In this document: positions 24,753 to 39,174 of the stretch, in pieces
How positions within the stretch are numbered: the stretch's first letter is position 1
Layout: each line of letters starts with the position of its first letter
Assembly: GCF_006345805.1 (NCBI RefSeq)
Contig: NC_043003.1
Span: 22,506,001 to 22,570,000 of the forward strand
Direction: 5' to 3'
Origin: Octopus sinensis
Lineage: Eukaryota
DNA length: 64,000 nt
Made by a program: the position numbers and the translations under genes
The notes under the pieces: model-generated
Database searches by the model: none
The model's input: the letters and a program-made list of their open reading frames with translations, nothing else
What the model was told of the DNA's origin: nothing

Positions 24753-25199
24753 TGTTCACCTTGTATATAGGATTTCAACATTATACATATAAATCAGAAT
24801 CGGTAGAGTGCCGGACAGTATGCGCTGCAATATTTGTTCCGGCTCTGTGTGTTCTCAGTTTAAATGTGGTCGAGATTTATTTTGATTTTCGTGTTTTTTG
24901 TGATCAGTAAATAAAGTACAGGGCCAGTGTTATAGATTATCGAAACTGATAGAACATTGGATATGACACCCTGCCTTATCAATTTATGGCTCTTTGGTAA
25001 AAACAGTAAAAAAATTTCAACCCGGGTCAGTTTTAATGCCATTTAGCATTTATTAATGACACGTTTCTTTACGAACAAACGCTGGAGTTTCTATGGAGTT
25101 TCCAGAACAAGCAACCTAATTTTCTTGACGTTCTGAGTTCAAATGACTCTGAGATTAACTTTACCTTTCATCCTTTCGAGGGACGATAAAATAAGTACT

Positions 25200-25420
25200 A
25201 TTTTTTTACTATCCACAAGGGTCTAAACACAGAGACAGACAAACGGATTAAGTCGATTATATCGACCCCAGTGCGTAACTGGTACTTACTTTATTGACCC
25301 CGAAAGGATGAAAGGCAAAGTCGACCTCGGTGGAATTTGAACTCTGAACGTAAAAACTGACGAAATACTGCTAAGCATTTCACCCTGCGTGATAACGGTT
25401 CTGCCAGCTCACCGCCTTAC
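25200..25420 (-). mobile_element. Family A SINE
   Basis: Reverse complement of the family A sequence. Confidence 0.8.
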
Positions 25421-25722
25421 GGACGATAAAATAAGTACTAATCAAGTACGGCGATCGATGTTATCGATTTGCTCACCTCCTGCATAAAAATTAGTGGCCT
25501 TGAACCCAGTAACAGACCGGCATCTCGTTCAAGTAGAACGCTGAGACCGTGGTAACGTATATGTCAGAGAAACGGGATAACCCACCTTATTGGGTCTAAG
25601 GAGTCGACAAAAGAAGAAGAAAAAAACGACTGGGGATAGTATAATCGACTTGCTTTATCCCCTCACCATTGTTGATCTCGTGTCTAAATTTAAAACCATT
25701 ACAGGCGAGGTAGGAGAAGCGT

Positions 25723-26291
25723 TGAAGGCGGTGAGCTGGCAGAAACGTTAGCACGCCGGGCGAAATGTTAGAGGTAGACTTTGCCTTTCATCCTTTCGGG
25801 GTCGATAAATTAAGTACCAGTTACGCACTGGGGTCGATAAATTATGTACCAGTTATGCACTGGGGTCGATATAATCGACTTAATACCTATATCTGTCCTT
25901 GTTTGTCCCCTCTGTGTTTATCCCCTTGTGTGTAGTAAAGAAATAGGTATTTCTTCTGCCGCTACGTTCTGAGTTCAAATTCCGCCGAGGTCGACTTTGC
26001 CTTTTATCCTTTCGGGGTCGATTAAATAAGTACCAGTTGCGCACTGGGATCGATGTAATCGACTTGATCCGTGTGTCTGTCCTTGTTTGTCCCCCCTGTG
26101 TTTAGCCCCTTGTGGGTAGTAAAGAAATAGGTATTTCTTCTGCCGCTACGTTCTGAGTTCAAATTCCGCCGAGGTCGACTTTGCCTTGCATCCTTTCGTA
26201 TTAAATAAGTCGATTAAATAAGTACCAGTTACGCACTTGGGCCCTTGTTTGTCCCCTCTGTGTTTAGCCCCTTGTGGGTAGTAAAGAAATA
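25723..26291 (+). mobile_element. Family A SINE multimer (about three body units) with 14-bp TSD
   Basis: GGTAGGAGAAGCGT (25709-25722) and GGTAGTAGAAGCGT (26292-26305), 1 mismatch. Confidence 0.82.
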
Positions 26292-27344
26292 GGTAGTAGA
26301 AGCGTGAGCATGTCGAACAAAATGCTAAGTGACATTTCTTCCAGCTTTACATTCCGCGTTCAAGGGGCCACCGAGTGCGACTTTGCCTTTCATCCTTTCG
26401 GGTCGATAAAATAAGTACCAATCAAACAATGGAGTTGATATATATTCGACTTGCTCACCTCCCTTCACAATAGCTGTCCTTGTGTTAAAATTAGAAAGAA
26501 CTATGCGCAATGATATTATTATTTGCTATAAAAACTTGCTGGTGTCTTTCTTACATACATCACTTTCCTCCTCATTGATTCTCACAGATGAATTGTATAT
26601 TTCTTTTCTTCCAATGTGGTCTTCATTTTCTTAACTGCTCTATTCTTATTGATTCCTTTCAATACTTCTGCGGCTTCCTTTGTTGTCCTATCGCGTTTTC
26701 TTCAGTGATCATATTTGTGTAATTTGACGTACGTGTGTGTCTGTGGTGTATAATTAATCTCGTCTTTGCTCCTTCTTCTCTCTATGTACAACAGGACATA
26801 CATACATACATACATACATACATACATACATACACACATATACATACATACATGCATACATACATACATACATGGATATACAAACATACATATACGCAGG
26901 TATCGATCGATCTCACGCACTCTATATACATATTTATGCATGTACATATATGTAGATATGCGTACATACACACACAAATACACACGCACACACATATACA
27001 CACACGCACACACATATGCACACAAACACATAAACACACTCACACATATACACGCTTTTGTTGTGATCATACTTTCATAAAGCATTTCGTTTTAGATATA
27101 AAATATTTAACCTATAGGAAAATTGCACCCCGTGTGCCCTTAAACTGATGTATGGTTGGAGTGCATGCAACAGACTGGACTCCGTTAAAGGAACCCCAGA
27201 AGAATAAGTAGTGACGTTAAAAACCGAGCAACGGATTAAGACACAAGTAGATAGTAGCGGGATTTGAATTCAAAATGATAAGATCTGGATCAAATAGGTA
27301 AAGCTTCCGTTCCCGACGTTTTCACAATTGTTCCGCTAACCCAG

Positions 27345-27965
27345 TGTCATGGATTTACGATTTTTTTACAAACTCTGAAAGGGTAAAAAGCAAAAAGGTC
27401 TCCCGCAAGATTTGAACTCAAAGTGCAGAGGGTCAGCACAAACGCCATGCGGCATTGTACCCGGCACTCTAACGACTATCAATTAATCCACCACCTATAG
27501 ATGAATTTGTATGTGTGTGTGTTTTACCAACTCTGAAAGGATAAAAAGCAAAACAGACATCAGCGAGATTTGAACTCGAAGTGCAGAGGTTCAACACGAA
27601 CATCATGCGGCATTCTACCTGGCACTCAAATGTCTATTAATTAATTCAACTCCCAAAGATGGATATTTTTATTTGACCGACTCTGAAAGGATAAAAAACA
27701 AAATGGGATCCAGCAAGGTTTGAACTCAAAATGTAGAGGGTCAGCACAAACACCACAAGGCATTCTACCCGGCACTCTGGCGACTCTACTGATTAATTCA
27801 CCGCCTAAAGATGGACTTGTATTTTTTTTCCTATATCGTCCCTAAAATCATAAAAAGCAAAACCGACATCAGCGAGATTTGAATTCAAAGTGCAGAGGGT
27901 CAGTACAAAGACCACAAGATATTCTACTCGACGCTCTGACGACTACTAATTAATTCACCTCCTAA
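27345..27965 (-). repeat. Four-copy 150-160-bp tandem array derived from an old family A-like SINE
   Basis: CTCTGAAAGG landmark at 27373, 27531, 27681 and about 27840; each unit carries GATTTGAACTC (reverse B-box). Confidence 0.8.
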
Positions 27966-28406
27966 AGAATCTATGTCTTCGAGGAAATAGCTTGCATCTT
28001 ATTTTTGGCATTCAGTTACATAAGTGTCTTTACAGTTCATGAGTTCTTTTCAGTTATGTTTTAGTTTCATTGAGTGACAACTAAATACTTGGTTGCTTTA
28101 CTTGTCTCTGCTTCCAAAGTAATTAGCTTCATATATATTTATTAACGGAAACGTCTCTAGAAATATTTGGTCATTGGCTTGGAAAATATTTTCTCAACGT
28201 GATGCTGCTTCGCCATACATTCTAAATATCCCAATTATTGGGAAGATAATACCCACACACAAACACACACATACTCACTCATCCACTCACCCGCTCTCTC
28301 ACTCTCTCACTCACTCACTCTCTCACTCACTCACTCTCTCATACATACATAAATTTATGCACTATGCACACCATGTGAATTAGAAGTACTGAAATAAATT
28401 TGTATA

Positions 28407-28560
28407 CAGTGATCCCTCGTTTATCGCGGTAGATTGGTTCCGAGACCAGCCGCGATAACTGAATTTCTGTGCAGTAGGGACACCATATTTACAGTATTTA
28501 TTTAACGTGTATTTGGACTTTTAAAACACCTCCCTGTACTGTTAACAACTCACCCATTAC
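28407..28560 (+). mobile_element. Tigger/pogo-like MITE left end
   Basis: TA|CAGTGATCCCTCGTTTATCGCGG is a typical TIR start; the right end was not found. Confidence 0.6.
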
Positions 28561-28721
28561 AATAGTCTATTAATAATAAGGACAACTGTTAAGCAATAAC
28601 ACTTTAGATTAAAAAAATAAAGATTGTTACTGTACTCAATACGAAAGAAGTTGTAGTAAAATTTGAATGATGATAGTAAAATTTGAATGATGATGAAGTA
28701 AAATTTGAATGATGAATTTGC

Positions 28722-28895
28722 TGCGCAGTGGTTAAGGCAGCGGACTCGCAGTCGTAAGAACGTGGTTTTGATTCCCAGACCGGGCATTGTGAGTGTTTAT
28801 TAAGCAAAAACACCTACGCTCCTCGAGGCTCCGGCAGGGGTGGTGGTGAACCCCGCTGTACTCTTTCACCACAACTTTCTCTCACTCTTTCTTCA
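28722..28895 (+). mobile_element. Family B SINE, 5' half
   Basis: GCGCAGTGGTTAAGGCAGCGGACTCGC...GATTCCCAGACCGGGC. Confidence 0.8.
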
Positions 28896-30109
28896 TACTT
28901 CTGTCACAAAGCTGAGGAACCATGGTGTAACCCACTATGTTGTGGTAAACTTTCAGACCCTAGTCTAGATTGCGAATCCTCTGTAACCCAGGATAGTTCA
29001 GCTCTCCACCCGTTAAAAGTCACCGTTTACGGAATGAGGATAACAACGTAGCTTTCGCGCCCGTGCAACCGCCAGTTTATCGCGTGTGGTGGGTGGATCT
29101 TCAAGTTTCCACACGCATTCTTAGTAGCTTATAGTAGGCTCGAATTAGAGATTATTCTATGTGGCTAATGGCGTGAGTCCTGACTAGAAGAAGAAGAAGA
29201 AGGAAGCAACAGCCGTCAACAAACAACAAATAGCCGCCGTCACCACCAAAACTACCACCATATCTATTTTTTCTTAGTCTTTCTCTTACTGTTTTTCTGG
29301 TTTTTTTCTCTTTCTTTCTCTCTCTCTATCTCCTTCGATTATTTCCCTTTGCATCGCGCATGCAAAAGGTAGGTTGGTAGGTAGGAACATACTATCGTAT
29401 TAATATAGAGATAATAGGGACAACGTTTATATAAAATCCATTCTGAATGTATAAATGTAATGCAACGTACACATATTAAGGCAAAACGATTGTGTACAAC
29501 AGAACTAATTTAAAACAAAAAATAAAAATAAAAATAAAACAAAAATATAAATATTTTCTGCGTAAGAAAAAGAACATATTAAACTAAATACATATTAAAC
29601 TGATGTATTTAGAGAGATATAATGCAGTTGTTTGGAGAGATGTTAGACAATATAGTCAAAAGTTCTTTATTATATTCGGTTAGCTGCTGTGCAGGTGTGT
29701 TTCTAAAACTAAGTTCCAACATTCGAAATCATTGCACGTGAGCTGTTGGTATAGTTGTTGGTAGGTGCAGGCGTGGCTGTGTGGTAAGATGCGTGCCACA
29801 CGATTTCGTGTTCAGCCTGGAACAACCTGAAATAAAGTGTCTTGCTCAAGGACGCAACGTGCCACCAGGCATTGAATTCACGACTTTACGATCATCAGCC
29901 GAATACCCTAACCACTCAGCCACGGGCCTTCATAAATACATACATACATACATACAAGCATTTATTTATTTATTAAGGGATTAGAGCTAATGATTCTTTT
30001 ATCTCTCAAACGATAAAAAACAAATTTGATCCGAGCGTGATTTGAACGCGAAACGCAAAGAACCGGAACACATACCACAAAGAATTCGGTGCAATACTCT
30101 TACAGTTCA

Positions 30110-30530
30110 AGGCGGCGAGCTGGCAGAAACGTTAGCACGCCGGGCAAAATGCTTAGCGTTATTTCGTCTGTCTTTACGTTCTGAGTTCAAATTCCGCCGA
30201 GGTCGACTTTGCTTTTTATTCTTTCGGGGTCGATTAAATAAGAACCAGTTACGCACTGGGGTCGATATAATCGACTTAATCTGTTTGTATGTCCTTGTTT
30301 GTCCCCTCTGTGTGTAGCCCCTTGTGGGCAGTAAAGAAATAAGAAACGTTTGCACGCCGAGCGAAATGCTTAGCGTTATTTCGTCTGTTTTTATGTTCTG
30401 AGTTCAAATTCCGCCGAGGTCGACTTTGCCTTTCATCCTTTCGAGGTCGATAAATTAAGTACCAGTTGCATACTGGGGGTCGATCTAATCGACTGGCCCC
30501 CTCCCCCAAAATTTCGGACCTTGTGCCTTG
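30110..30530 (+). mobile_element. Family A SINE dimer
   Basis: A full unit, then a re-start at AGAAACGTT(T)GCACGCC. Confidence 0.82.
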
Positions 30531-31914
30531 TGTAGAAAAGAATATTTTTACAGTTCAGGCCAAGCTGGAAAATCTTTTTCTTTTTCGGTTTTTGGATTTG
30601 GTTTGCAAGATTCTTTATATGAGTTCGTGTGTTGAAGCATATTCTGTTGTGTCTGGGGAGAGTCAGTTTGTTTTTGTGCCTTATAATGTAACACACTCAC
30701 CGGTAAAATATCCACTTATTTCTAATTTTTATTTTCCTAAAATTTTCGTTGCGTCTTGGAACTTTTTCAATAGTATTAACTCTCTTTTTATCGACCTCAA
30801 AAAGACAAGACAACCCCCCCCCCCCAAAAAAAAAAGTGACCATGAGGGGATTTGAACTCAGAGCACTGTAAGTTGGAACGAATATCGAAACATACTTTGC
30901 CTGACAATCTAACAACTTGGTTAATTCATCGACTTCTGCAGGTGTTTTGTACAGACAAATAAATTGCTCTCAAAGTTTTTCACCATAAAGAGATGTTCTA
31001 TTAAAAGAACAAGTTCTATTCGTTTTATTCAAACACAGTACAAGGTCTTACTGAATGTTTTAAGTGGTTTCCTTCAATGACATGGACGTAATGAATTTTT
31101 GCTGAGTTTGGTTGAGTATGCCCATGAGAAGCTTTGCCATTAATGGATTTCACTGAATTCATTCATTGTCTTTAAACAGCTCGTTGCTAATGGATTTGCT
31201 AAATTTAGATTTAATTTTGTCAACACGTACTACTGCTACTACTACTACTAACTAAAAAGTTATTTAATTTCAGCTTTTATTACTCATCCACAATAACACC
31301 CACATGCTTCCAGGAACACCTATCCCATAACTCGTTAAGTGATAACTATTAAACTCTGCAAAAATAAAAATGAAAATTAGAAAATTAGAACGTACTCGGT
31401 ATAAGTAATTAAACAGATGAATAAGCAGTATGTTCTTAAATAGATGATGTAAACCAGAAAAACTTGATAAACCGTCCCCTGGCATCCCGAATCCACTTCG
31501 TTTCATGTATCTTATTTTCCCACTTGTTCTTCATTTTATTATTATTGCATTGCTACCGTTGCTTCGGCTATAAATTTTTATGTTGCTTTTTTTGAAAGCT
31601 ATGAAGTATTATCAGCGTTCTACAACCGACACATCTTGCAGTTTATTTTTTTTTTATTCGTGTTAACTATCGCTTTTTTTCACCATTTTTTCTCCTTCTC
31701 GTTTTTCCTTCGCATTGCATTGCCATATATCAATCATGCACCTCTCTCACCTTTTCGATAGATACACATGCATATATATATATATATATAAGTACAAGGA
31801 GTGAGAGATAAATACACACATATATGAATGCAGACATATATATATATATATTATATATATATATATATAAGTACAAGGAGTGAGAGATAAATACACACAT
31901 ATATGAATGCAGAC

Positions 31915-31945
<31 letters not shown>

Positions 31946-32096
31946 TGTGCGTGTGTATACATATGTATATATGTGTGTTTGAATATATATATATATGTGT
32001 GTGTGCATGCGTCTATCTATGTATCTATCTACCTATTTATTTATCTATCTATCTATCTACATACCTACCTACCTATCTACCTACCTACCTACCTAC

Positions 32097-32130
<34 letters not shown>

Positions 32131-32191
32131 GTGCGTGTGTGTACAGCAGATACATGTAAGCGTATGTACGTATGTACGCAATTATGTATGT

Positions 32192-32228
<37 letters not shown>

Positions 32229-33455
32229 CTGTACACACACACGTATATATGTAAAATCTGTTTCCTCTATGTGTTTTCCACCTTTGTCTATATCTATCTA
32301 TCTACCTACTTATCTATCTATCTATCTACTTATCTATCTATCTATCTATCTATCTATCTCTATTATTACATATATAGATCTATGCACACAAGTATGTATG
32401 TGTTTGTATACATGAATGTATGCGCATGCATGTAGGTATAAATGCATACATACATTCGTACACGCATTTATGTTTATTTCCTGTCTTTAAGCCGGATCAT
32501 TTTCACGCTTTGCCAATAATCATCAGATTAACTTGGAAATGGAAAATTGGGAATGAAAAGTTGTATTGTCAGTTCTATAGAGTCCAATCTGGAACAAATG
32601 CAACAACAGCAGAAACTGCAATACTAACAACAACAATAGCAGCAACAAGAAGAAGAAGAAGCACTGCAATTTCTTCTTCTTCTTCTTCTTCTTCTTCTTC
32701 TATTACTGACAACAACAGCAACTGCAGGTACTGCTGTTACTACTACTAATACTACTACTACTACTACCGCTGCTGCTAGTGATGCTAGCAACAACAACAA
32801 CAGCAGCAAGCACCGTATTATCTTTGCTACTACTACTACTGCTGCTGCTGCTGCTGATGATGATGCCAATAACAACAACAACAGCAGCAAGCACTGTAAT
32901 ATCTTTGCTCTGCTACTACTACTACTACTACTAAAAAACCAAGAATGGTAACAACAGCAATTCCATAAAGATATATGTTCAAAGGAAGAAAGTGTTTAGA
33001 ATTTCCGTATTGCTTGCCGACTTGTAAAGATACATGGATATCTATCCATGGATAGATTCATTCAGGTATTAAGTTATTTGCTTGCTTCCTTAAGAAGAAA
33101 TAAACTAGCAACGATCGTAGAAACACCTGTCGCTTTGATTTCGCTCTCTTTTCATTCATTTTTCGTTTATTTTAACACATGGTGTGCAGAACATCGTTAT
33201 TTCTACATCGAGGAAACTTATAAGATGGCGTATTAGTACTTAACTTAGGGTGCGCGGTTTCTTGTAGACGAAAACAGCTGTAAACTTAATGAACGTGATA
33301 ACGTAACTTCTGTTCTTTTATGATCCGAGAAGATAAGATAAGATAAGATAATCACATTTCCTTGCTGCCAGACCTTACTAATTCTGTGAAGTATAAGTAT
33401 ACTGGGTTCTAACAACTGCTAAGACTAAACGGAGCCATAATATATACAGGGGTTG

Positions 33456-33646
33456 AGGCGGCGAGCTGGCAAAATGCTTAGCGCCATTTCACCCGTCCTT
33501 ACGATCTGAGTTCAAATTCCGTCGAGGTCGACTTTGCCTTCCATTATTTCGGGATTGATAAAATAAGTACCAGCTGAGCTCTAGGGATCGATGTAATCGA
33601 CATCCCCTCCCCACAAATTGCTGGCCTTGTGCCAAAATTTGAAGTC
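33456..33646 (+). mobile_element. Family A SINE inserted in the Tc1 left TIR, 17-bp TSD
   Basis: AATATATACAGGGGTTG at 33439-33455 and 33647-33663. Confidence 0.88.
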
Positions 33647-34607
33647 AATATATACAGGGGTTGGACAAAATAATGGAAACGACGAGTTTTCATTTAGCTA
33701 TTTTTATCTATGGGCAACATGAGAAATTCAAAACTGTTCTAGTCTGTATATGTGTGTTCATATGTATTAAATATACTTTGTACTCCATGTTATAGCACAA
33801 CCGCTGTTGGATTTTCTTTTTGCAGATATTTATATCTAAATAAGTTAAATAGCGTTATCTATCTTATTTCCAAAGAGGAAAAATTGTTGAAACGTCGATG
33901 ACTGAAGCTTCGGTCACAAAAACTGCTGAATTATTTAATTTTTCAAGAAGTACATTCTCTAAAATATCATGTTAGTATTCTAAAACCACGGTAAAAAAAA
34001 CCCAGCCCTGAGAATTACAATTCTGGCCGGAAGCAAAGTTCACCGCATGGGACTACAGAATAGTTAAACGTATTGTGTCTAACAAAAAACAAAAGCAAAA
34101 ACCCCAAAACACCAAACTACGACAGCAAAAATGATATTGGAGTTAAAAGACCGCCAAGCCAACTAAAACTGTGAGTTGTACTAAGTTGGATATCATGAAA
34201 GGTCTGCTTTTGCCAAATCTCTCCTGTCCCCCATCAACACTATGTAGAACAATGTTTAGACTATCAGAAGTGGTCAATGATTTAATAGAACAATGTCATC
34301 TTCTTTGATGAATCACCATTCACCTTTTTTCTCATTTTGGAGCGAGTTTATTTCTGGATACAGCCCAAAGAAGCTTTCAATCCTGACTGTTTGGTTCTTA
34401 CCGGGAAGCATGGAAATTACTCTGAAGATTTGGGCAGCCTTATTACGAGATTCTTTTTACTCTCTACTTGTTTTACAAGGCAGGTTTAATGTCAAGGTTT
34501 ACTGAGCATTTTAGTTAGTCGTGTCCATCCAAGGTAGCTCAATCGTCCAGGACGGTAATGCACCGATTCACACAGTTAATGTTATTCATAACTGGTACGA
34601 AGAGTAC

Positions 34608-35024
34608 CAGGCGGCGAGCTGGCAGAAACGTTAGCACGCCGGGCGAAATGCTTTGCAGTATTTCGTCTGCGGTTACGTTCTGTGTTCAAATTCCGCCGAG
34701 GTCGACTTTGCCTTTCATCCTTTCGGGGTCGATTAAATAAGTACTAGTTACGCACTGGGTTCGATATAATCGACTTAATCCGTTTGTCTGTCCTTGTTTG
34801 TCCTCTCTGTGTTTAGCCCCTTGTGGGTAGTAAAGAAATAGGTATTTCGTCTGCCGCTACGTTCTGAGTTCAAATTCCGCCGAGGTAGACTTTGCCTTTC
34901 CTCCTTTAGGGGTCGATTAAATAAGTACTAGTTACGCACTGGGGTCGATATAATCGACTTAATCCGTTTGTCTGTCTTTGTTTGTCCTCTCTGCGTTTAG
35001 CCCCTTGTGGGTAGTAAAGAAATA
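34608..35024 (+). mobile_element. Family A SINE dimer inserted in the Tc1 transposase, 14-bp TSD
   Basis: GGTACGAAGAGTAC at 34594-34607 and 35025-35038; removing the insert rejoins ...NWYEEY-KSDAD.... Confidence 0.9.
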
Positions 35025-35459
35025 GGTACGAAGAGTACAAAAGTGATGCAGACCACTTGGATTCTGTCCACAATCACCGGATTTCAGTATGGTGGAACAT
35101 TTATGGTACATTTTGGAACTGCAAGTGAGGAGCCGCTTCATTCTGCCATAGTCCCCTACAGAGTTAAATCAGGTTTTCCTTGAAGAATTGTTCAAAATTT
35201 CCTTAACAACCGTTCAGAATCTGTACAAGTCAATCCCTCGACTTATGAAAGCTGTGATTGATGCCAAAGGTGGACTAACTCCGTATTAAATCAAATAATA
35301 TCTTCCATTTAATGGTGTTTCAATTTTATCGATTCCTTGTGCGCGCACGCGCGTACACCCACCCACACACATTTCTCTCCCTGCTCACCATTATAGGTTT
35401 ATGTCTACTCGTGTTGGCATGACCTACAGAAGTCTTCTCACCTTGATAGGTAATAGATA

Positions 35460-35830
35460 CACTGCGGGACACCTTGAGCAAGTGTCTTCTACTATAGCCT
35501 TGGGCCGACTAAAGCCTTGTGAGTGGATTTGGTAGAAGGAAACTGAAAAGAAGCCCGTCGTATATATGTATATATATATATATATATAGATATATGTGTG
35601 TGTGTGTGTGTGTGTGTGTATGTTTATGTGTCTGTGTTTGTTCCCACCAACATCGCTTGACAACTGATGCTGGTGTGTTTACGTCCCTGTAACTTAGCGG
35701 TTCGGCAAAAGACACCGATAGAATAAGTACTAGGCTTACAAAGAATAAGTCCTGGGGTCAATTTGCTCGACTAAAGGCAGTACTCCAGCATGGCTGCGGC
35801 CAAATAACTAAAACAAGTAAAAGAATAAAA
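35460..35830 (+). mobile_element. Family C SINE
   Basis: Matches 16490-16850. Confidence 0.8.
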
Positions 35831-37050
35831 GAGTAAAAGAGAATATATATATATATATATATATATGTTTAGGAAGTTGAAAGTTATGTCTAGTCATAGA
35901 GTAACCATTAGTTTCACACCTATAAAGCACTTAACAGTATAGGTGACTTGTCAGCTGCAAGTGGCTGAAGGCACATAACCTCTCTATGAGTAACCTATAC
36001 TGCTAAGCAGCTTATTGGTGTGAAACCAGTGGTCACTCTATGACCGGCCATAACTTTCAACTTCTTAGAAAAGTATATTACTATTCTCATGCTTTAGACT
36101 ACACTTGATGGTGCAGCCTTCCAGAGTGCCAGCCCAGTTAAATCGTTCAACCCGGGACAACAGACGTTAAATGATGATGATGATGTTCATGATAATTGTT
36201 TAATGTCTGCTTTCCATGCTAGCATGGGTTGGATGATTTGACTAAGGACTGGCAAACCAGATGGTTGCACCGGGCTCCAATCTGATCTGGCAGAGTTTCT
36301 ACAGCTGGATGCCCTTCCTAACGCCAACCACTCCGAGAGTGTAGTAGGTGCTTTTATGTGCCACTGGCACGAGAGCCAGTCTGGTGGTACTGGCAAGGGA
36401 CATGCTCAAATGGTGTTTTTTACATACCACCTGCACAAGAGCCACTCCAGCGGCACTGGCAGTGACCTTGCTCAAATATTTTTTCACGTACCACCGGCAC
36501 AAGTGCCAGTAAGGCGACGCTGGTAACGATCTGGCAGCGCTCCACTAGCATGGATGCCAGTCATTGAATTTGATTTCGATTTCTATTTCACTTGCCACAA
36601 CAGGTCTTCGCAAGCAGAGTTTAGTGTCCAATGAAGGAAAGGTATGCGTAAGTGGGCTGGTTACACTCCTGGCATAGGCCACGAGGTTGATGATAATGGG
36701 ATATCCCATTGAATATGACATATAAGTGCACAGTATTTTGCTGAGTGACCTGCAAAATGATGTGTTTATAGTGGTCAAATGTATGTACTGCTCATTAGTT
36801 TGCTCACTCTATCAAATCAATATTGCTTGAACAGTGGCACAAGTGTGCCATATGTCGGATGTTAAATGAATGTGGAGCAATGGGAAGTGTTTTGTTCAAG
36901 AACATATGTTACATGTTCCAGGATTTGAACCCACAATCTAGCAATCATAGTGCAACTCCCTAAACACTAGAGCATGCACCTTCACACAACACACAGACAC
37001 ATACACACACACACACATGCATGTATGCACATGCACATACACACATATAA

Positions 37051-37117
<67 letters not shown>

Positions 37118-37723
37118 ATATATATGTATGTGTATGTGTGTGTGTATACATATGTGCATGTGTATAATTACGTGTGTGTATGTGGTAGGGCGTAAACTTA
37201 TTAATACATCAAACATCTTTCCCTTATCTTTGAAAAACAAATCCTTTTCCTCCTTAGAAACAAAATCCTCTTCAAGAGACCCCAGATTCAACAAATATAT
37301 CTGAGTCTAGAAGATGTAACACACACACACACACACACACATGCATGTATGCACATGCACATACACACATATAAATATATATATATGTATGTATTTATAA
37401 ATATATATATATATATGTATGTATTTATAAATATATATATATATAAATAAATATATATATATATATATGCATGTGTGTATGTATGCATATGTATATACAT
37501 GCATACACATGTATATATATGCATACAGATGTATATACAAATAAGTATTACATATTTGTGTGTATCAATAAATATTTGTTTATGAATGCATTCATAAATA
37601 TATATATGTAAGAATATTTATTTTGATATATGTATATTGTGTGTGTATATGTATGTGTGTATATATATATATATATATATGTAAGAATATTTATTTTGAT
37701 ATATGTATATTGTGTGTGTATAT

Positions 37724-37763
<40 letters not shown>

Positions 37764-37781
37764 GTAGATATATGTATATAA

Positions 37782-37834
<53 letters not shown>

Positions 37835-37990
37835 TATATATATATGTATGTATTTATAAATATATATATATGTATGTATTTATAAATATATATATATATA
37901 TATATAAATAAATATATATATGTATGTATTTATAAATATATATATATGTAAGAATATTTATTTTGATATATGTATATTGTGTGTGTATAT

Positions 37991-38030
<40 letters not shown>

Positions 38031-38091
38031 ATTTATATATAAATATATTCATGTATAAATATATATACATATATATCTATATATATAGATG

Positions 38092-38137
<46 letters not shown>

Positions 38138-38446
38138 ATATATATATATGCATGTGTGTATGTATATGAATGCGTATCTGTTTAGAATATATATGTGCAT
38201 TTATGTACATTATGTACCTGCATGATACAGGTGCTCTATTTGGGAAATGAAAAGACCAGCATCAAAAACAACAATAACAGATTTTTGGAAAAAAAAAAGA
38301 TAAAAATTAAAAATTAAAACAGCACAGCTTTTAAGTTCACCATTGCTGATGGGAAAACATGAATATTATTGAAAAAAAATAATAAAGGTATTGTGACAAA
38401 TTAGTAGGTTGGCATGAACATTAATTGTGAATATATATATATATAA

Positions 38447-38486
<40 letters not shown>

Positions 38487-38747
38487 TATATATATACACA
38501 CATATATATATATGTATGTATATGTACAAACATGCATATATATGTGTATGTGTATGTGTGTGTATATATTTATATATATATATATGTTAAAGTGATGTTA
38601 TTATTTAAAGCAATATTAAGAATGACAACAGAGCATTTAATATTGATGAGATTATTAATACTTGATTAATACTTGCCTTTAAACAAACATATACATGTAT
38701 GTAAATATGGCTACCTACATACATACACACATACATATGTATATATA

Positions 38748-38785
<38 letters not shown>

Positions 38786-38901
38786 GTGCGCACACACATG
38801 TACATTACATATATACATGTATATATATATATATATATACATACATACATATATATATATTTATATATACATAAATTCATATGTATATATTTATATGTGT
38901 G

Positions 38902-38932
<31 letters not shown>

Positions 38933-38943
38933 GTATATATATA

Positions 38944-39022
<79 letters not shown>

Positions 39023-39174
39023 ATATATATAGATATGTATAGATATATATATATGTATATGTATTTATATACATATACATATATAAAATAAAGTGAAGTT
39101 GTAAGATACCGCACGAGTGGAAATATATATGAAAGAAGGTTTGAAAATGCAATTTTATTTTCAAACCTTCTATC

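Larger units (their letters stand above)
33447..35339 (+). mobile_element. Decayed Tc1-family DNA transposon interrupted by two SINEs
   Basis: TA|CAGGGGTTGGACAAAATAATGGAAAC TIR; transposase remnants NVIFF*ES, QDGNAPIHT, QSPDFSMVEHLW and MKAVIDAKGGLTPY*; degenerate right TIR near 35315-35339. Confidence 0.85.

Noticed and set aside
38231-38303. MKRPASKTTITDFWKKKR, a PIP-box-like peptide
   Set aside because: Terminates after 18 codons with no donor; chance, or a relic of a transposase start.
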